Notes: generated by a model not told the origin, from the sequence alone. Positions 1-8,175 are shown, counted from the first letter of the stretch. The stretch: DNA of 58,793 nucleotides from an uncultured virus (IMG/VR IMGVR_UViG_3300040971_000013) (IMGVR_UViG_3300040971_000013); one strand, 5' to 3'. Translations and numbers: made by a program.

Positions 1-360
1 GCTGATCCAAAAATGTTTTTGATTGAACAGATTCTGAAAGGCGATAAAGGCGACGGTATTCCAAATGTTAGATCTGCTGCTGATTCGTTTGTTGTTGGAA
101 AAAGACAGCTTCCAGTAACAGCAAAGTTCATTCGAGAATTCCTAGAGATGGGAACTGCTGCTTTTACTACTGCAGAATATGATCGTTACCGCGACAATAA
201 GAAGCTGATTGATCTTTCAGAGATCCCTGATAAATATGAACAGCAGATAATTGAAGCATACAAGTCAGCAAAACCAAATACCAACAAGATGGATCTCATG
301 AAGTATTTTTGTGCAACAGATTTGAAACAGTGCTTAGAGAAGATATCTGAATTTTACTAA
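1..360 (+). CDS. rnh: RNase H / 5'-3' exonuclease (T4 Rnh-like), 5' part outside window
   Basis: ILKGDKGDGIPNV helix-hairpin motif and 'N.KLIDLSEIP' typical of T4-type RNase H. Confidence 0.9.
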   Translation, partial: ADPKMFLIEQILKGDKGDGIPNVRSAADSFVVGKRQLPVTAKFIREFLEMGTAAFTTAEYDRYRDNKKLIDLSEIPDKYEQQIIEAYKSAKPNTNKMDLMKYFCATDLKQCLEKISEFY

Positions 361-372
361 AAGGAACAAACC

Positions 373-1449
373 ATGGCCTACACATTACTGGAAGTGATTG
401 AAAATCCAAGACGGATCAACAATATCGGCAGAGATACACTCTTCGACTATTTAGAAGAAGCGTCTAAAGATCAGGAACGATTTACAGCATTCATGAAGAT
501 GCTAGATGAATTTGTTCCATGGGCTTATTCTGGTATCATGTTGGCTGCTTCTGATATCTATAGTCTAAAAGCTTTGTTTGTTGATGAAATTAAAAACGCT
601 GGAAAAGTCAAATATGATCATGGGTCTGTCGGATTACTTCCAGCAATCAAAATGATCTATACATATTATGAGACTGGGTCTATTGTAAATGAAGTGCGTC
701 GAGCACAGATCATGACATATGCTGAATCGACTCTAGCTTCAGATGATCATAGATTCTTTATCCGGATGATCAAACAAGATGTTTCTAAAAAGGTTATGAA
801 AGCTCTGAAACAATTTAAAGAAGATGGTTTGATGCAGCCGAGATATGCTGAATATTTCAAGTTCTCTTATGAGAAGCCAGTTCTGTGTGATCCTGCTTCA
901 GATTTTTCATATTTCATTCCAGTGTCCAATCTATCAGCAAAAGTAAAGTGTGAGAATGTACTATATGAGATGGATGGAACTGTCTCTTCATATAATCTGA
1001 ATACTATCTATTCTGAACTGCGTAAAAACGGAATCAACACTTTTGCTTTGCCGATTCGGTGTTTTATCTATTTTGATGGTGATGAGGCGGTTGCGTTTCA
1101 GACTCCACAAAAAATGTACTATCTCAAAAAATGTATCTCGTCTGCTGCTATCTCATTAGCAGATGTTATTGCAAAGAATCCTACTCATATTCTTGACTGT
1201 GATATTGTTACTGGAGAAATCAAAGGGTGTGCTTCAAAGGAAAATAAAGAACTTGTAGAACGTACTTTAGAAGTGAAGTCTTCATCCGTGTTAGCAATAC
1301 CAGTTCAGAATAACATCTACAGGATGCTACAGTGCGTTCTAAAGGATGATAGCTTGATTACTATATCAACATACACCGGATTCGAGAAAGCTCCTGGAAA
1401 GAAAATTAAAGTCATTGAACATAATCAGGTATTCTATCTGTTAGAATAG
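373..1449 (+). CDS. hypothetical protein
   Basis: 358-aa ORF with AAGGA RBS; no recognised motif. Confidence 0.7.
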   Translation: MAYTLLEVIENPRRINNIGRDTLFDYLEEASKDQERFTAFMKMLDEFVPWAYSGIMLAASDIYSLKALFVDEIKNAGKVKYDHGSVGLLPAIKMIYTYYETGSIVNEVRRAQIMTYAESTLASDDHRFFIRMIKQDVSKKVMKALKQFKEDGLMQPRYAEYFKFSYEKPVLCDPASDFSYFIPVSNLSAKVKCENVLYEMDGTVSSYNLNTIYSELRKNGINTFALPIRCFIYFDGDEAVAFQTPQKMYYLKKCISSAAISLADVIAKNPTHILDCDIVTGEIKGCASKENKELVERTLEVKSSSVLAIPVQNNIYRMLQCVLKDDSLITISTYTGFEKAPGKKIKVIEHNQVFYLLE

Positions 1450-1489
1450 AATCTTCAAAAACTTTTTCTTCTGAAAAGCGTTTTTCTGA

Positions 1490-1518
1490 TTGACAGATTA
1501 ACGCTTTTTTTATATTCT
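1490..1518 (+). promoter_or_regulatory. sigma70-type early promoter
   Basis: TTGACA-N17-TATTCT. Confidence 0.75.
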
Positions 1519-1545
1519 GTTTCTACCAATTGAAACGGGGGATAA

Positions 1546-1758
1546 ATGATCTGGATAAAATCTTTTTGGATGGTTCTCATCGGATATGACTATTTTATTG
1601 TTGACGGAGAGGTCTTTGGATATTATCATAAGGCTAAACCATACTACGATAGTCTAAACGAATCACATGTTGTTATGCTCGGCTACAATATTATTATTGG
1701 CAGGACTTCAAAGGTTCATGAAAAATATAACCGGAACGGCACGTCTGTTCAATTCTAG
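1546..1758 (+). CDS. hypothetical protein
   Basis: ORF behind promoter with GGGGG RBS. Confidence 0.6.
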   Translation: MIWIKSFWMVLIGYDYFIVDGEVFGYYHKAKPYYDSLNESHVVMLGYNIIIGRTSKVHEKYNRNGTSVQF

Positions 1759-1767
1759 GAGATTCAC

Positions 1768-2802
1768 ATGTTGGCTTACACAAAAGATCTAAAAGTTTTT
1801 CGGTCTAAGGATTTCAACTATAACTTCGATATGAAGACAGGATTCACTCAACTCTGGGGAAGAACTGTTGATGAAGATCCGGAAGTTGCTCCGTTTCCTG
1901 TCATAGCCGACATAGAGATTACAGAGGTTTGTACTGGACCTGGAGTTGGATCACCTCAAGGCGGCGCTTGCAAATTTTGTTATAAATCAAATGTTCCTCA
2001 TAAAGGTTCTGTAATGTCGTTGGAGCTTGCAAAGAGTGTAATCAATAAACTGCCGAAAGAACTGACACAGATTGCATTCGGTGTTGATGCACAGTGCGAA
2101 TCCAATCCAGAATGGTATGAAATCTTTGCATATGCTCGTAGATCTGGATTCATTCCAAATGTAACTGTTGCAGATATTACAGAAGAGACCGCTGTAAAAC
2201 TTGCAAGTATGTGCGGAGCCGCTGCTGTCTCGCGTTATGTTGATAAGAACTGGTGCTATGACTCTATTGAAAAACTTACACGAAACGGTCTGAAACAGGT
2301 AAACATTCATATTCTACTCAGTTCGGAAACCCTTCCATGGGTCTATGAAACAATCGAAGATGCGAAAACAGATCCTCGTCTTGCTGGTCTAAATGCAATT
2401 GTATTCCTTTCATTGAAACAGAAAGGACGTGGCGTACACTTTAATAGAGTTTCTCAAGAGCAATACAAAGAAGTAGTAGACAAGTGCTTAGAAAAAGAAA
2501 TCAGCTTCGGTTTTGATAGCTGTGGATGTCATCGTTTCTTGGAAGCTGTTAAAGATCATAAACGATTCAAAGAATTTTCTATGATGGCAGAGCCATGCGA
2601 ATCTACAGCACAATCGGTATACGCCAACGCTCGCGGTGAAGTATTCCCATGTTCGTTTACTGAAGGAACTCCTGGATGGGAAGATGGGCTGTTCATTCCA
2701 GACTTCAAAACCTTTGATGAAATTTGGAATCATGAAAGAGTTCAAAAATTTCGGAATAATCTTCTATTGAATAAACGCCGGTGTCCAATCTATGACGTCT
2801 AA
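1768..2802 (+). CDS. radical SAM protein with C-terminal SPASM/Twitch-like domain
   Basis: C-x12-C-x2-C cluster motif (CTGPGVGSPQGGACKFC); C-terminal PCES...GEVFPCSF...CP. Confidence 0.85.
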   Translation: MLAYTKDLKVFRSKDFNYNFDMKTGFTQLWGRTVDEDPEVAPFPVIADIEITEVCTGPGVGSPQGGACKFCYKSNVPHKGSVMSLELAKSVINKLPKELTQIAFGVDAQCESNPEWYEIFAYARRSGFIPNVTVADITEETAVKLASMCGAAAVSRYVDKNWCYDSIEKLTRNGLKQVNIHILLSSETLPWVYETIEDAKTDPRLAGLNAIVFLSLKQKGRGVHFNRVSQEQYKEVVDKCLEKEISFGFDSCGCHRFLEAVKDHKRFKEFSMMAEPCESTAQSVYANARGEVFPCSFTEGTPGWEDGLFIPDFKTFDEIWNHERVQKFRNNLLLNKRRCPIYDV

Positions 2803-3031
2803 CAATTCCTTGACAGAAGAAAGTCTTGTATATAGACTACAAAAACGGGCAGAGATTCGTCGGCAGATTCCAGGTAGAAAATCGGTTCAAGAGAATAAAC
2901 CTGACAGAATTGCTGATTTGTTAGAGGAAGCAGCCAAGGAAATTCTATATCTAAAGAAGATTGCTACAGGACCTTGGAGATGTAATGTCTGTGGTAATTA
3001 TGTAACAAATGAATGCGCAGAAACGGAGTAG
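2792..3031 (+). CDS. conserved phage hypothetical protein
   Basis: LVYRL.KRAEIRRQI..RKSVQE..PDRIADLLEEAA; CxxC tail. Confidence 0.65.
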   Translation: MTSNNSLTEESLVYRLQKRAEIRRQIPGRKSVQENKPDRIADLLEEAAKEILYLKKIATGPWRCNVCGNYVTNECAETE

Positions 3032-3034
3032 ATC

Positions 3035-3469
3035 ATGAAAATTAGAACTGGATTTGTTTCTAATAGTTCGTCAAGCAGTTTTATCGTTATCAATAATTCT
3101 GGTACCAGAGTTCATCCACCGTTCTCTGACAGATTATACATCGATATGACTTCTGGAGAATATGAATTTGCATGGCAGATAGAAGATTATAATGATTTCA
3201 ATTCAAAGTTCAATTGGTGTTATATTATGGCATCATATCAAGAGGAAGAAGAAAAAGATCGTCTACATCAGATGCTGAGAGAAGCAATTGAAGAAGAACT
3301 TGGTGTTCCTGTTGAAATCAATTGGGATGCTCAATCAGAATTTGACTACTATATTGACCATGGATCTGTTGAAGATCATAATAGGGCTATGTTCGATAGT
3401 AAAGAAGAGCTAAAGCTGTTCCTCTTTGATCCAGCAAGCTACATTCATAACGACAACGATAATCATTAA
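3035..3469 (+). CDS. MKIRxGFxSNSSSSSF-family protein 1
   Basis: N-terminus MKIRTGFVSNSSSSSF. Confidence 0.8.
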   Translation: MKIRTGFVSNSSSSSFIVINNSGTRVHPPFSDRLYIDMTSGEYEFAWQIEDYNDFNSKFNWCYIMASYQEEEEKDRLHQMLREAIEEELGVPVEINWDAQSEFDYYIDHGSVEDHNRAMFDSKEELKLFLFDPASYIHNDNDNH

Positions 3470-3478
3470 GAGGAATGA

Positions 3479-3695
3479 TATGGATCTATCAGATCTAACA
3501 TACGAAGCAGGCTATCCAGCAGATATGGATAAAAGTCAACCAATATATCTGTTCAATCCAGAAACAGGTGTTCTTTCCACACAACCGTGTGTAATGTATA
3601 AAAGTAAGATATCTGGAAAGTGGACAAGATCATACCTTGAAAAAAAAAAAACAGATGCACCGAAAGGTATGACAGAATTCAATACTAGGAGATAA
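3479..3695 (+). CDS. hypothetical protein
   Basis: GAGG RBS before ATG (MDLSDL...); start approximate. Confidence 0.55.
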
Positions 3696-3698
3696 GAA

Positions 3699-4001
3699 AT
3701 GAAAATTCGAGCAGGGTTTATATCTAATTCAAGCAGTTCAAGTTTTTGTATTTTGGGTGTTGTTGCTGATCACGACCTCAACTCAGAAATCAAATGGGAT
3801 CTTCCAAAAGGGTTTGTGTATGAATATGGCATCAGTGACTATGATGGTGAATTTATTGGAATGAATCCAGAGAGTCTTGATGAGAATATGACAATCAAAC
3901 AACATAAGGAATACATTGCAAAAACTTTGTCAGAATCTTATGGTGTGGAAGTAAAATCCGAAGAAGTTAGTTGGCATTGTGACGGAGGTTATGACGGATG
4001 A
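3699..4001 (+). CDS. MKIRxGFxSNSSSSSF-family protein 2
   Basis: N-terminus MKIRAGFISNSSSSSF. Confidence 0.8.
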   Translation: MKIRAGFISNSSSSSFCILGVVADHDLNSEIKWDLPKGFVYEYGISDYDGEFIGMNPESLDENMTIKQHKEYIAKTLSESYGVEVKSEEVSWHCDGGYDG

Positions 4002-4363
4002 AGATCAGAACCGGGTTTGTAAGCAATAGTTCAAGTAGTAGTTTTATTCTACCATACAACAAAGATCTGACTGTTTCTATTACTGTTGATGATCTTATTG
4101 ATATTATAGATAACGCAGATGAATCTTATGTAAAAGAACCGTTGCATACTGTTGATGATCTCAATAAATATTTTGTTGAACAGTATGGATATAGAGATCA
4201 GACTATTGACGAACTCTTAAATGCCGATGAATATTACCAAGAAGAATATTCTAAATTGTTCGATATTATTAAATCTGGTCAGTCTGTTCTTGTTGGAACT
4301 ATTTCATATCATGAATGTGTGGCAACAGAATTACTGAAAAAGATGGGCGCTGAAATTGACTAA
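3998..4363 (+). CDS. MKIRxGFxSNSSSSSF-family protein 3
   Basis: N-terminus MKIRTGFVSNSSSSSF; ATGA overlap with previous gene. Confidence 0.8.
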   Translation: MKIRTGFVSNSSSSSFILPYNKDLTVSITVDDLIDIIDNADESYVKEPLHTVDDLNKYFVEQYGYRDQTIDELLNADEYYQEEYSKLFDIIKSGQSVLVGTISYHECVATELLKKMGAEID

Positions 4364-4670
4364 AGGAGCATTTATGATTTTGGATAAGTTAGAAAGATTA
4401 CAAGCAGAAGCAGTAAAGATTTGTGGAAGTACTGCAAATGCAAAGTATACTCTACCAGAAGATATTCTGGAGCAGATTCCACAACAGTTCAGAGAAATAT
4501 ATTCCAAGATGGATCCTTTCACATGCTGTATTACATTGAATCTCCTCAACTTCTACTTCAGAAGTATGTATGAGATGCTTAGTTCTGATGCAGATATTGA
4601 ACTATCAAGAGAGAAATTGAATTCTCTTATGGAAGAAGATTTGAAACTAATCTTCAAACAAAAAGATTGA
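4356..4670 (+). CDS. hypothetical protein
   Basis: ORF in operon; AAGGAG RBS before internal ATG. Confidence 0.6.
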   Translation: MTKGAFMILDKLERLQAEAVKICGSTANAKYTLPEDILEQIPQQFREIYSKMDPFTCCITLNLLNFYFRSMYEMLSSDADIELSREKLNSLMEEDLKLIFKQKD

Positions 4671-4702
4671 CATTTAGAAAATAATAGATAGAATCAATTC
4701 AT

Positions 4703-4810
4703 GAACAACTCGTATAGCAAAATAGGTATGCTTATGATCCTCAAGAAAGGCGCTCGAAAGAGTGGGGAAGCCGAGTACGTTGAAAGGTGCAAATCCTTTC
4801 CGAGTTGTTC
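4703..4810 (+). ncRNA. tRNA-like structured RNA of unknown function
   Basis: 10-bp closing stem GAACAACTCG/CGAGTTGTTC, D-arm-like GCA-AAATAGGTA-TGC, T-arm-like GAAAGG-TGCAAAT-CCTTTC; upstream TTGACA-N16-TAGAAT. Confidence 0.55.
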
Positions 4811-4813
4811 TCT

Positions 4814-5002
4814 ATGAATTCAAATCAAAAACAGATCATCCATGAAATCGAATGGATAAAGAATAAGATTGAAGAACTTAGACCATTGCTATTCAAAAGA
4901 CCCTCAGTTATAAAACAAATTCGAGATCTGGAACGGCAAATTGCTGAAAGAAGATATTCATTAATTTTTACTATCTATGACAAGGAGCGAGACGATGTCT
5001 GA
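4814..5002 (+). CDS. hypothetical coiled-coil protein
   Basis: ORF from ATG 4814. Confidence 0.5.
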   Translation: MNSNQKQIIHEIEWIKNKIEELRPLLFKRPSVIKQIRDLERQIAERRYSLIFTIYDKERDDV

Positions 5003-5423
5003 TGAAGTTCAAGTGTTGCTGAATCTGAAAACGAAAGAGAAGTTCACGATTGCTTCTGAAACTATTGAAAAGCTTTGGCCGACGACAGAAGATGATTTTC
5101 AGAAACTCTTTCCTGGACTGAGTTCTATCAGCAAACCATACAAGGATCCTATCGGTGATCGTCTCGCTGAATATCTTGTTACTGAAAAGAGATCTCTGGT
5201 CATTACGATGTATATGCTCCAAAAGTTTACAGGTACAGTTTTTCCAATTTCTATCAAGGACAGTGTTTACTATCCAACTATCTTTAAGTATAGATCAGAA
5301 TTGCTTGAGATTCTTGAAGCTCTCGGAATTGATAATGCTGATACAGAATATCTCGAGCGGATCATCAACTTGATTTTTATTAAGCTCACCGGTGGAATGT
5401 ATACTTCTGCTGGAACAGATTAG
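4977..5423 (+). CDS. hypothetical protein
   Basis: ORF in operon; AAGGAG before MSDEV. Confidence 0.6.
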   Translation: MTRSETMSDEVQVLLNLKTKEKFTIASETIEKLWPTTEDDFQKLFPGLSSISKPYKDPIGDRLAEYLVTEKRSLVITMYMLQKFTGTVFPISIKDSVYYPTIFKYRSELLEILEALGIDNADTEYLERIINLIFIKLTGGMYTSAGTD

Positions 5424-5555
5424 AGGGATATACTATGGAACTAACAATTCGGATAAATGGAAAAGTCATTCGTCAAAAAGCAATTCAGACATCAAAAGGA
5501 TATAAATGGGATCTGCCTGGATTTGTTATTGATCGTGAGCTACAGGAGAAGGAAC

Positions 5556-5930
5556 GTGACATCGATCGGAATACTGAGAAAGGTTCTTGATGAAGCAGAG
5601 AAAAGCACTGTCTATCCTCACCGAGTTGGAGCAATTGTCTTTCGTGGAAAAAGGATATTGGGCTTTGGTCATAACTCCAATTCGTTGTGTAGCCTTCATC
5701 CAAAGTATGTACGATACAATGAATCTGTCCATGCTGAACAAGCTGCAATATCTTCGCTTGATTGGTCGAAACTTCGAGGAGCTTCTATTCTTGTCATACG
5801 TCTCACTCGTAGAGGTAAACTTGCTATGAGTAAACCATGTGCAATGTGTCAGGCTTTAATTGAACATGTTAAGATCAAGAAAGTGTATTATTCTAATTCT
5901 TACGGTGAAATTGTTATGGAGAAACTATGA
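5556..5930 (+). CDS. zinc-dependent CMP/dCMP-type deaminase
   Basis: HAE...PCxxC motif; GTG start after AGGAG. Confidence 0.85.
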   Translation: MTSIGILRKVLDEAEKSTVYPHRVGAIVFRGKRILGFGHNSNSLCSLHPKYVRYNESVHAEQAAISSLDWSKLRGASILVIRLTRRGKLAMSKPCAMCQALIEHVKIKKVYYSNSYGEIVMEKL

Positions 5931-6115
5931 AAGTTGTTGCTTTAGTATTTGATTTTCTATTGTATATTGTTCTTGGTTTATTTATGCTTATCATCTGTCC
6001 GCTGATTGGAATGTTTGCCGGGGCGGCGCTGGGTTTTAAAGAATCCTTCAAATATTTTACTGATGGATATTTTATAATTCAGGATAAGGTAGTATATAAA
6101 AATGAAACTGAATGA
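5927..6115 (+). CDS. small membrane protein
   Basis: hydrophobic helix; ATGA overlap. Confidence 0.6.
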   Translation: MKVVALVFDFLLYIVLGLFMLIICPLIGMFAGAALGFKESFKYFTDGYFIIQDKVVYKNETE

Positions 6116-6518
6116 TATTTTAAGTTCTTGTACGAAAAGAGAGTTCATGGATTGCTATCGGAAATGCTATCCACATACTAATGATTATGTTCTACAGAAA
6201 ATTGCTAAAGTCTTTGAAGAACTTGAATTCTTAGAAGAATCTGATTCAGAATTCAAGTTGAAGATTGCAACAATTTCATCAGACACAACAACCGCATACA
6301 TGGTCTATGGATATACCAATGAAGATGTCTATGGAGATATGAATGTAGAAGGCGAAGACTGGAACAGCTGGCTTGGATCTGAATGTATAGTAGACCGATC
6401 AGTTTGTTCTGAACTTGAATTTGCTGTACATTGTGTAAATGAAATGACTTTCTTTGGATTTACTCCTGAAGAAGTTCAAAAGAAAGTTGCTGAAATGAAA
6501 GCGGATCCCGAATTCTAA
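6102..6518 (+). CDS. hypothetical protein
   Basis: W..WLG...HC..EMTFFGF motif. Confidence 0.65.
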   Translation: MKLNDILSSCTKREFMDCYRKCYPHTNDYVLQKIAKVFEELEFLEESDSEFKLKIATISSDTTTAYMVYGYTNEDVYGDMNVEGEDWNSWLGSECIVDRSVCSELEFAVHCVNEMTFFGFTPEEVQKKVAEMKADPEF

Positions 6519-6542
6519 ACCCTTTAACCACTGGAGTCTATC

Positions 6543-7013
6543 ATGCGAATTTTTGGAAACATCATCTGGCATCTGTTTTGTTTTGGTTGGTTGACATCTT
6601 TGATTTCTGTTCTGTTTGGAGCTCTATTTTCTATTACTGGATTTCTAACACCGATTGGACTGGGATTAATTCAGTACGCAAAATTTACATTAGCTCCTTT
6701 TAGCTATTCTATGCTATCAAAGAAAGAACTACGTCCAGTAACTCATCAGACTGGTTTTATCTGGAAACTACTATCAGTTATTGGATTTATTCTATATGCT
6801 CCGTTTGGTATTGCTTTGGTGATTCTCGGAGTCTTTCAAGCAATCGTATTGATTTGTACTATTATTGGTATTCCGATGGCTATTCCATATATCAAGAGTC
6901 TTGGTACTCTGTTTAATCCTATCGGAAAGGTCTGTGTTCCAAGAGTTGTAGCTACAGCAGTTAAAGCTCGGAATGATGCGATGGTTGTAGAAAAATATAT
7001 TGGGACTGTGTAA
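6543..7013 (+). CDS. YccF-family inner membrane protein
   Basis: GNIIW..FGW and TIIGIP.A....K.....F.PIGK repeats characteristic of YccF. Confidence 0.85.
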   Translation: MRIFGNIIWHLFCFGWLTSLISVLFGALFSITGFLTPIGLGLIQYAKFTLAPFSYSMLSKKELRPVTHQTGFIWKLLSVIGFILYAPFGIALVILGVFQAIVLICTIIGIPMAIPYIKSLGTLFNPIGKVCVPRVVATAVKARNDAMVVEKYIGTV

Positions 7014-7021
7014 ACTACTTG

Positions 7022-7083
7022 TTGACAATACTCCTTGGTTGAGTTATTCTAAACTCAATTGAACAACATAAACCAAGGAGTTT
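7022..7083 (+). promoter_or_regulatory. early promoter embedded in RBS-sequestering stem-loop (PeSL-like), copy 1
   Basis: TTGACA-N17-TATTCT; ACTCCTTGGTT/AACCAAGGAGT inverted repeat; 54 bp identical to 11440-11493. Confidence 0.85.
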
Positions 7084-7088
7084 ACAAA

Positions 7089-7259
7089 ATGTCTAATACA
7101 ATCAAGTTCAAGAAAGGCGATGAAGTAAAGTTCTTTGAGCACGGCAGTTCAATTCCAGTCTATGGAAAGATACTCTCTGTTGGAAAAGTAAACTATAAAA
7201 TCATCAGTTCTGACGGGTTGATATATTTCATCCCTCCAAGATTACTAAATTTTGATTGA
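7089..7259 (+). CDS. small SH3-like hypothetical protein
   Basis: AAGGAG RBS; FKKGDEVKF..G....GKI. Confidence 0.6.
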   Translation: MSNTIKFKKGDEVKFFEHGSSIPVYGKILSVGKVNYKIISSDGLIYFIPPRLLNFD

Positions 7260-7353
7260 TAAATAATGTATCAGGAACAATGAGCTAACAGCCATCCCGG
7301 ACCTTGAAACCGGTGTCAAGAAGTAACTTGATGTTCCAATTGTTCTTTGAAAT

Positions 7354-7432
7354 CTCCCTCTCGCCTAACTTGGTTATGGCTCTCGGTTTGGAGCCGAGTA
7401 TAATGCTTGTTCGAATCAAGCGGGGGAGACCA
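7354..7432 (+). tRNA. tRNA-Pro(TGG)
   Basis: cloverleaf; CTCGG-TTTGGAG-CCGAG anticodon arm; TTCGAAT T loop; CCA end. Confidence 0.9.
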
Positions 7433-7435
7433 TAT

Positions 7436-7513
7436 GTCCTCGTAGTCCAACTGGTAGGAGACAAGAGATTCAAGATCTCTACAGTGTCTGTTCGAATCAG
7501 ACCGGGGATACCA
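7436..7513 (+). tRNA. tRNA-Leu(CAA) with short variable loop
   Basis: AGAGA-TTCAAGA-TCTCT arm; TTCGAAT; CCA end. Confidence 0.85.
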
Positions 7514-7532
7514 TGAAACAAGGAAACTAATA

Positions 7533-7682
7533 ATGAAAACTGTATGGGTTGTAATAGAAAGTGATCGAGGAATGGGTGAGTCTGTCCTAGGTGTCTATAT
7601 ATCAAAAGACAAAGCTTTTAAACTTGCTGCTGAATCTTCTCACTATTATGTGACTGAATCAGAACTTGATGAAGATGAATAG
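7533..7682 (+). CDS. small hypothetical protein inside tRNA array
   Basis: 49-aa ORF MKTVWVVIE...; AAGGA RBS. Confidence 0.55.
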   Translation: MKTVWVVIESDRGMGESVLGVYISKDKAFKLAAESSHYYVTESELDEDE

Positions 7683-7689
7683 AACATTA

Positions 7690-7761
7690 GCCGATATAGT
7701 TCAGTGGTAGAACGCTTGTTTTGTAATCAAGATGTCGGGAGTTCAAATCTCTCTATCGGCT
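7690..7761 (+). tRNA. tRNA-Thr(TGT)
   Basis: GCCGATA/TATCGGC acceptor stem; TTTGTAA loop; GTTCAAATC; no encoded CCA. Confidence 0.9.
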
Positions 7762-7773
7762 CAAATAAATTTT

Positions 7774-7857
7774 GCTCTCGTGGTGGAACGGGATACACGC
7801 TGGTCTTAGAAACCAGTGCCTTCGGGATTGTAGGTTCAAATCCTACCGGGAGTACCA
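7774..7857 (+). tRNA. tRNA-Leu(TAG)
   Basis: CTGGT-CTTAGAA-ACCAG; long variable arm; CCA end. Confidence 0.92.
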
Positions 7858-7858
7858 T

Positions 7859-7981
7859 GTTTGGTTCGTCTAATAATCTGTCTGAATTGCGCAATAAATG
7901 ACAGATAAGACTCCATTTTAAATATGGAAATACAGGACAATAGATTATGCATGATCATTGAGCGCCCTGTACCAAATACCA
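7859..7981 (+). ncRNA. enlarged tRNA-like RNA (TAA anticodon) with hairpins inserted in D and T loops
   Basis: GTTTGGT/ACCAAAT acceptor + ACCA; GTCT/AGAC D stem; TCCAT-TTTAAAT-ATGGA anticodon arm; ACAGG/CCTGT T stem. Confidence 0.7.
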
Positions 7982-7985
7982 TTTT

Positions 7986-8061
7986 GTGTCTGAACCCAAA
8001 TAGCGAGGGCACTGGCCGTGACCCAGTTGGCTAGTGGGAGCGTTACCCACCGGACACTCCA
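7986..8061 (+). tRNA. atypical tRNA-His(GTG)
   Basis: ACTGG-CCGTGAC-CCAGT arm; GTGGG-AGCGTTA-CCCAC T arm; CCA end. Confidence 0.75.
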
Positions 8062-8063
8062 AT

Positions 8064-8175
8064 TTTTGACCACTCTTAGCGGAGGAGCGTAGGATAAGGC
8101 GGATTGTCTTGCGGTACTTATCAATTACGTCACATCATCCAAGAGTAAGCAGACATGAGGGATGATTGGTCAAAA
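8064..8175 (+). ncRNA. candidate pseudoknotted structured RNA
   Basis: TTTTGACCA/TGGTCAAAA closing stem; ATCATCC/GGATGAT stem; ACTCTT/AAGAGT pseudoknot. Confidence 0.5.

Noticed and set aside
4747..4773. Resemblance to a c-di-GMP-I riboswitch (CTCGAAAGAGTGGG)
   Set aside because: Lacks the GGCAAA/CGCAAAG junctions and the second hairpin with tetraloop receptor.
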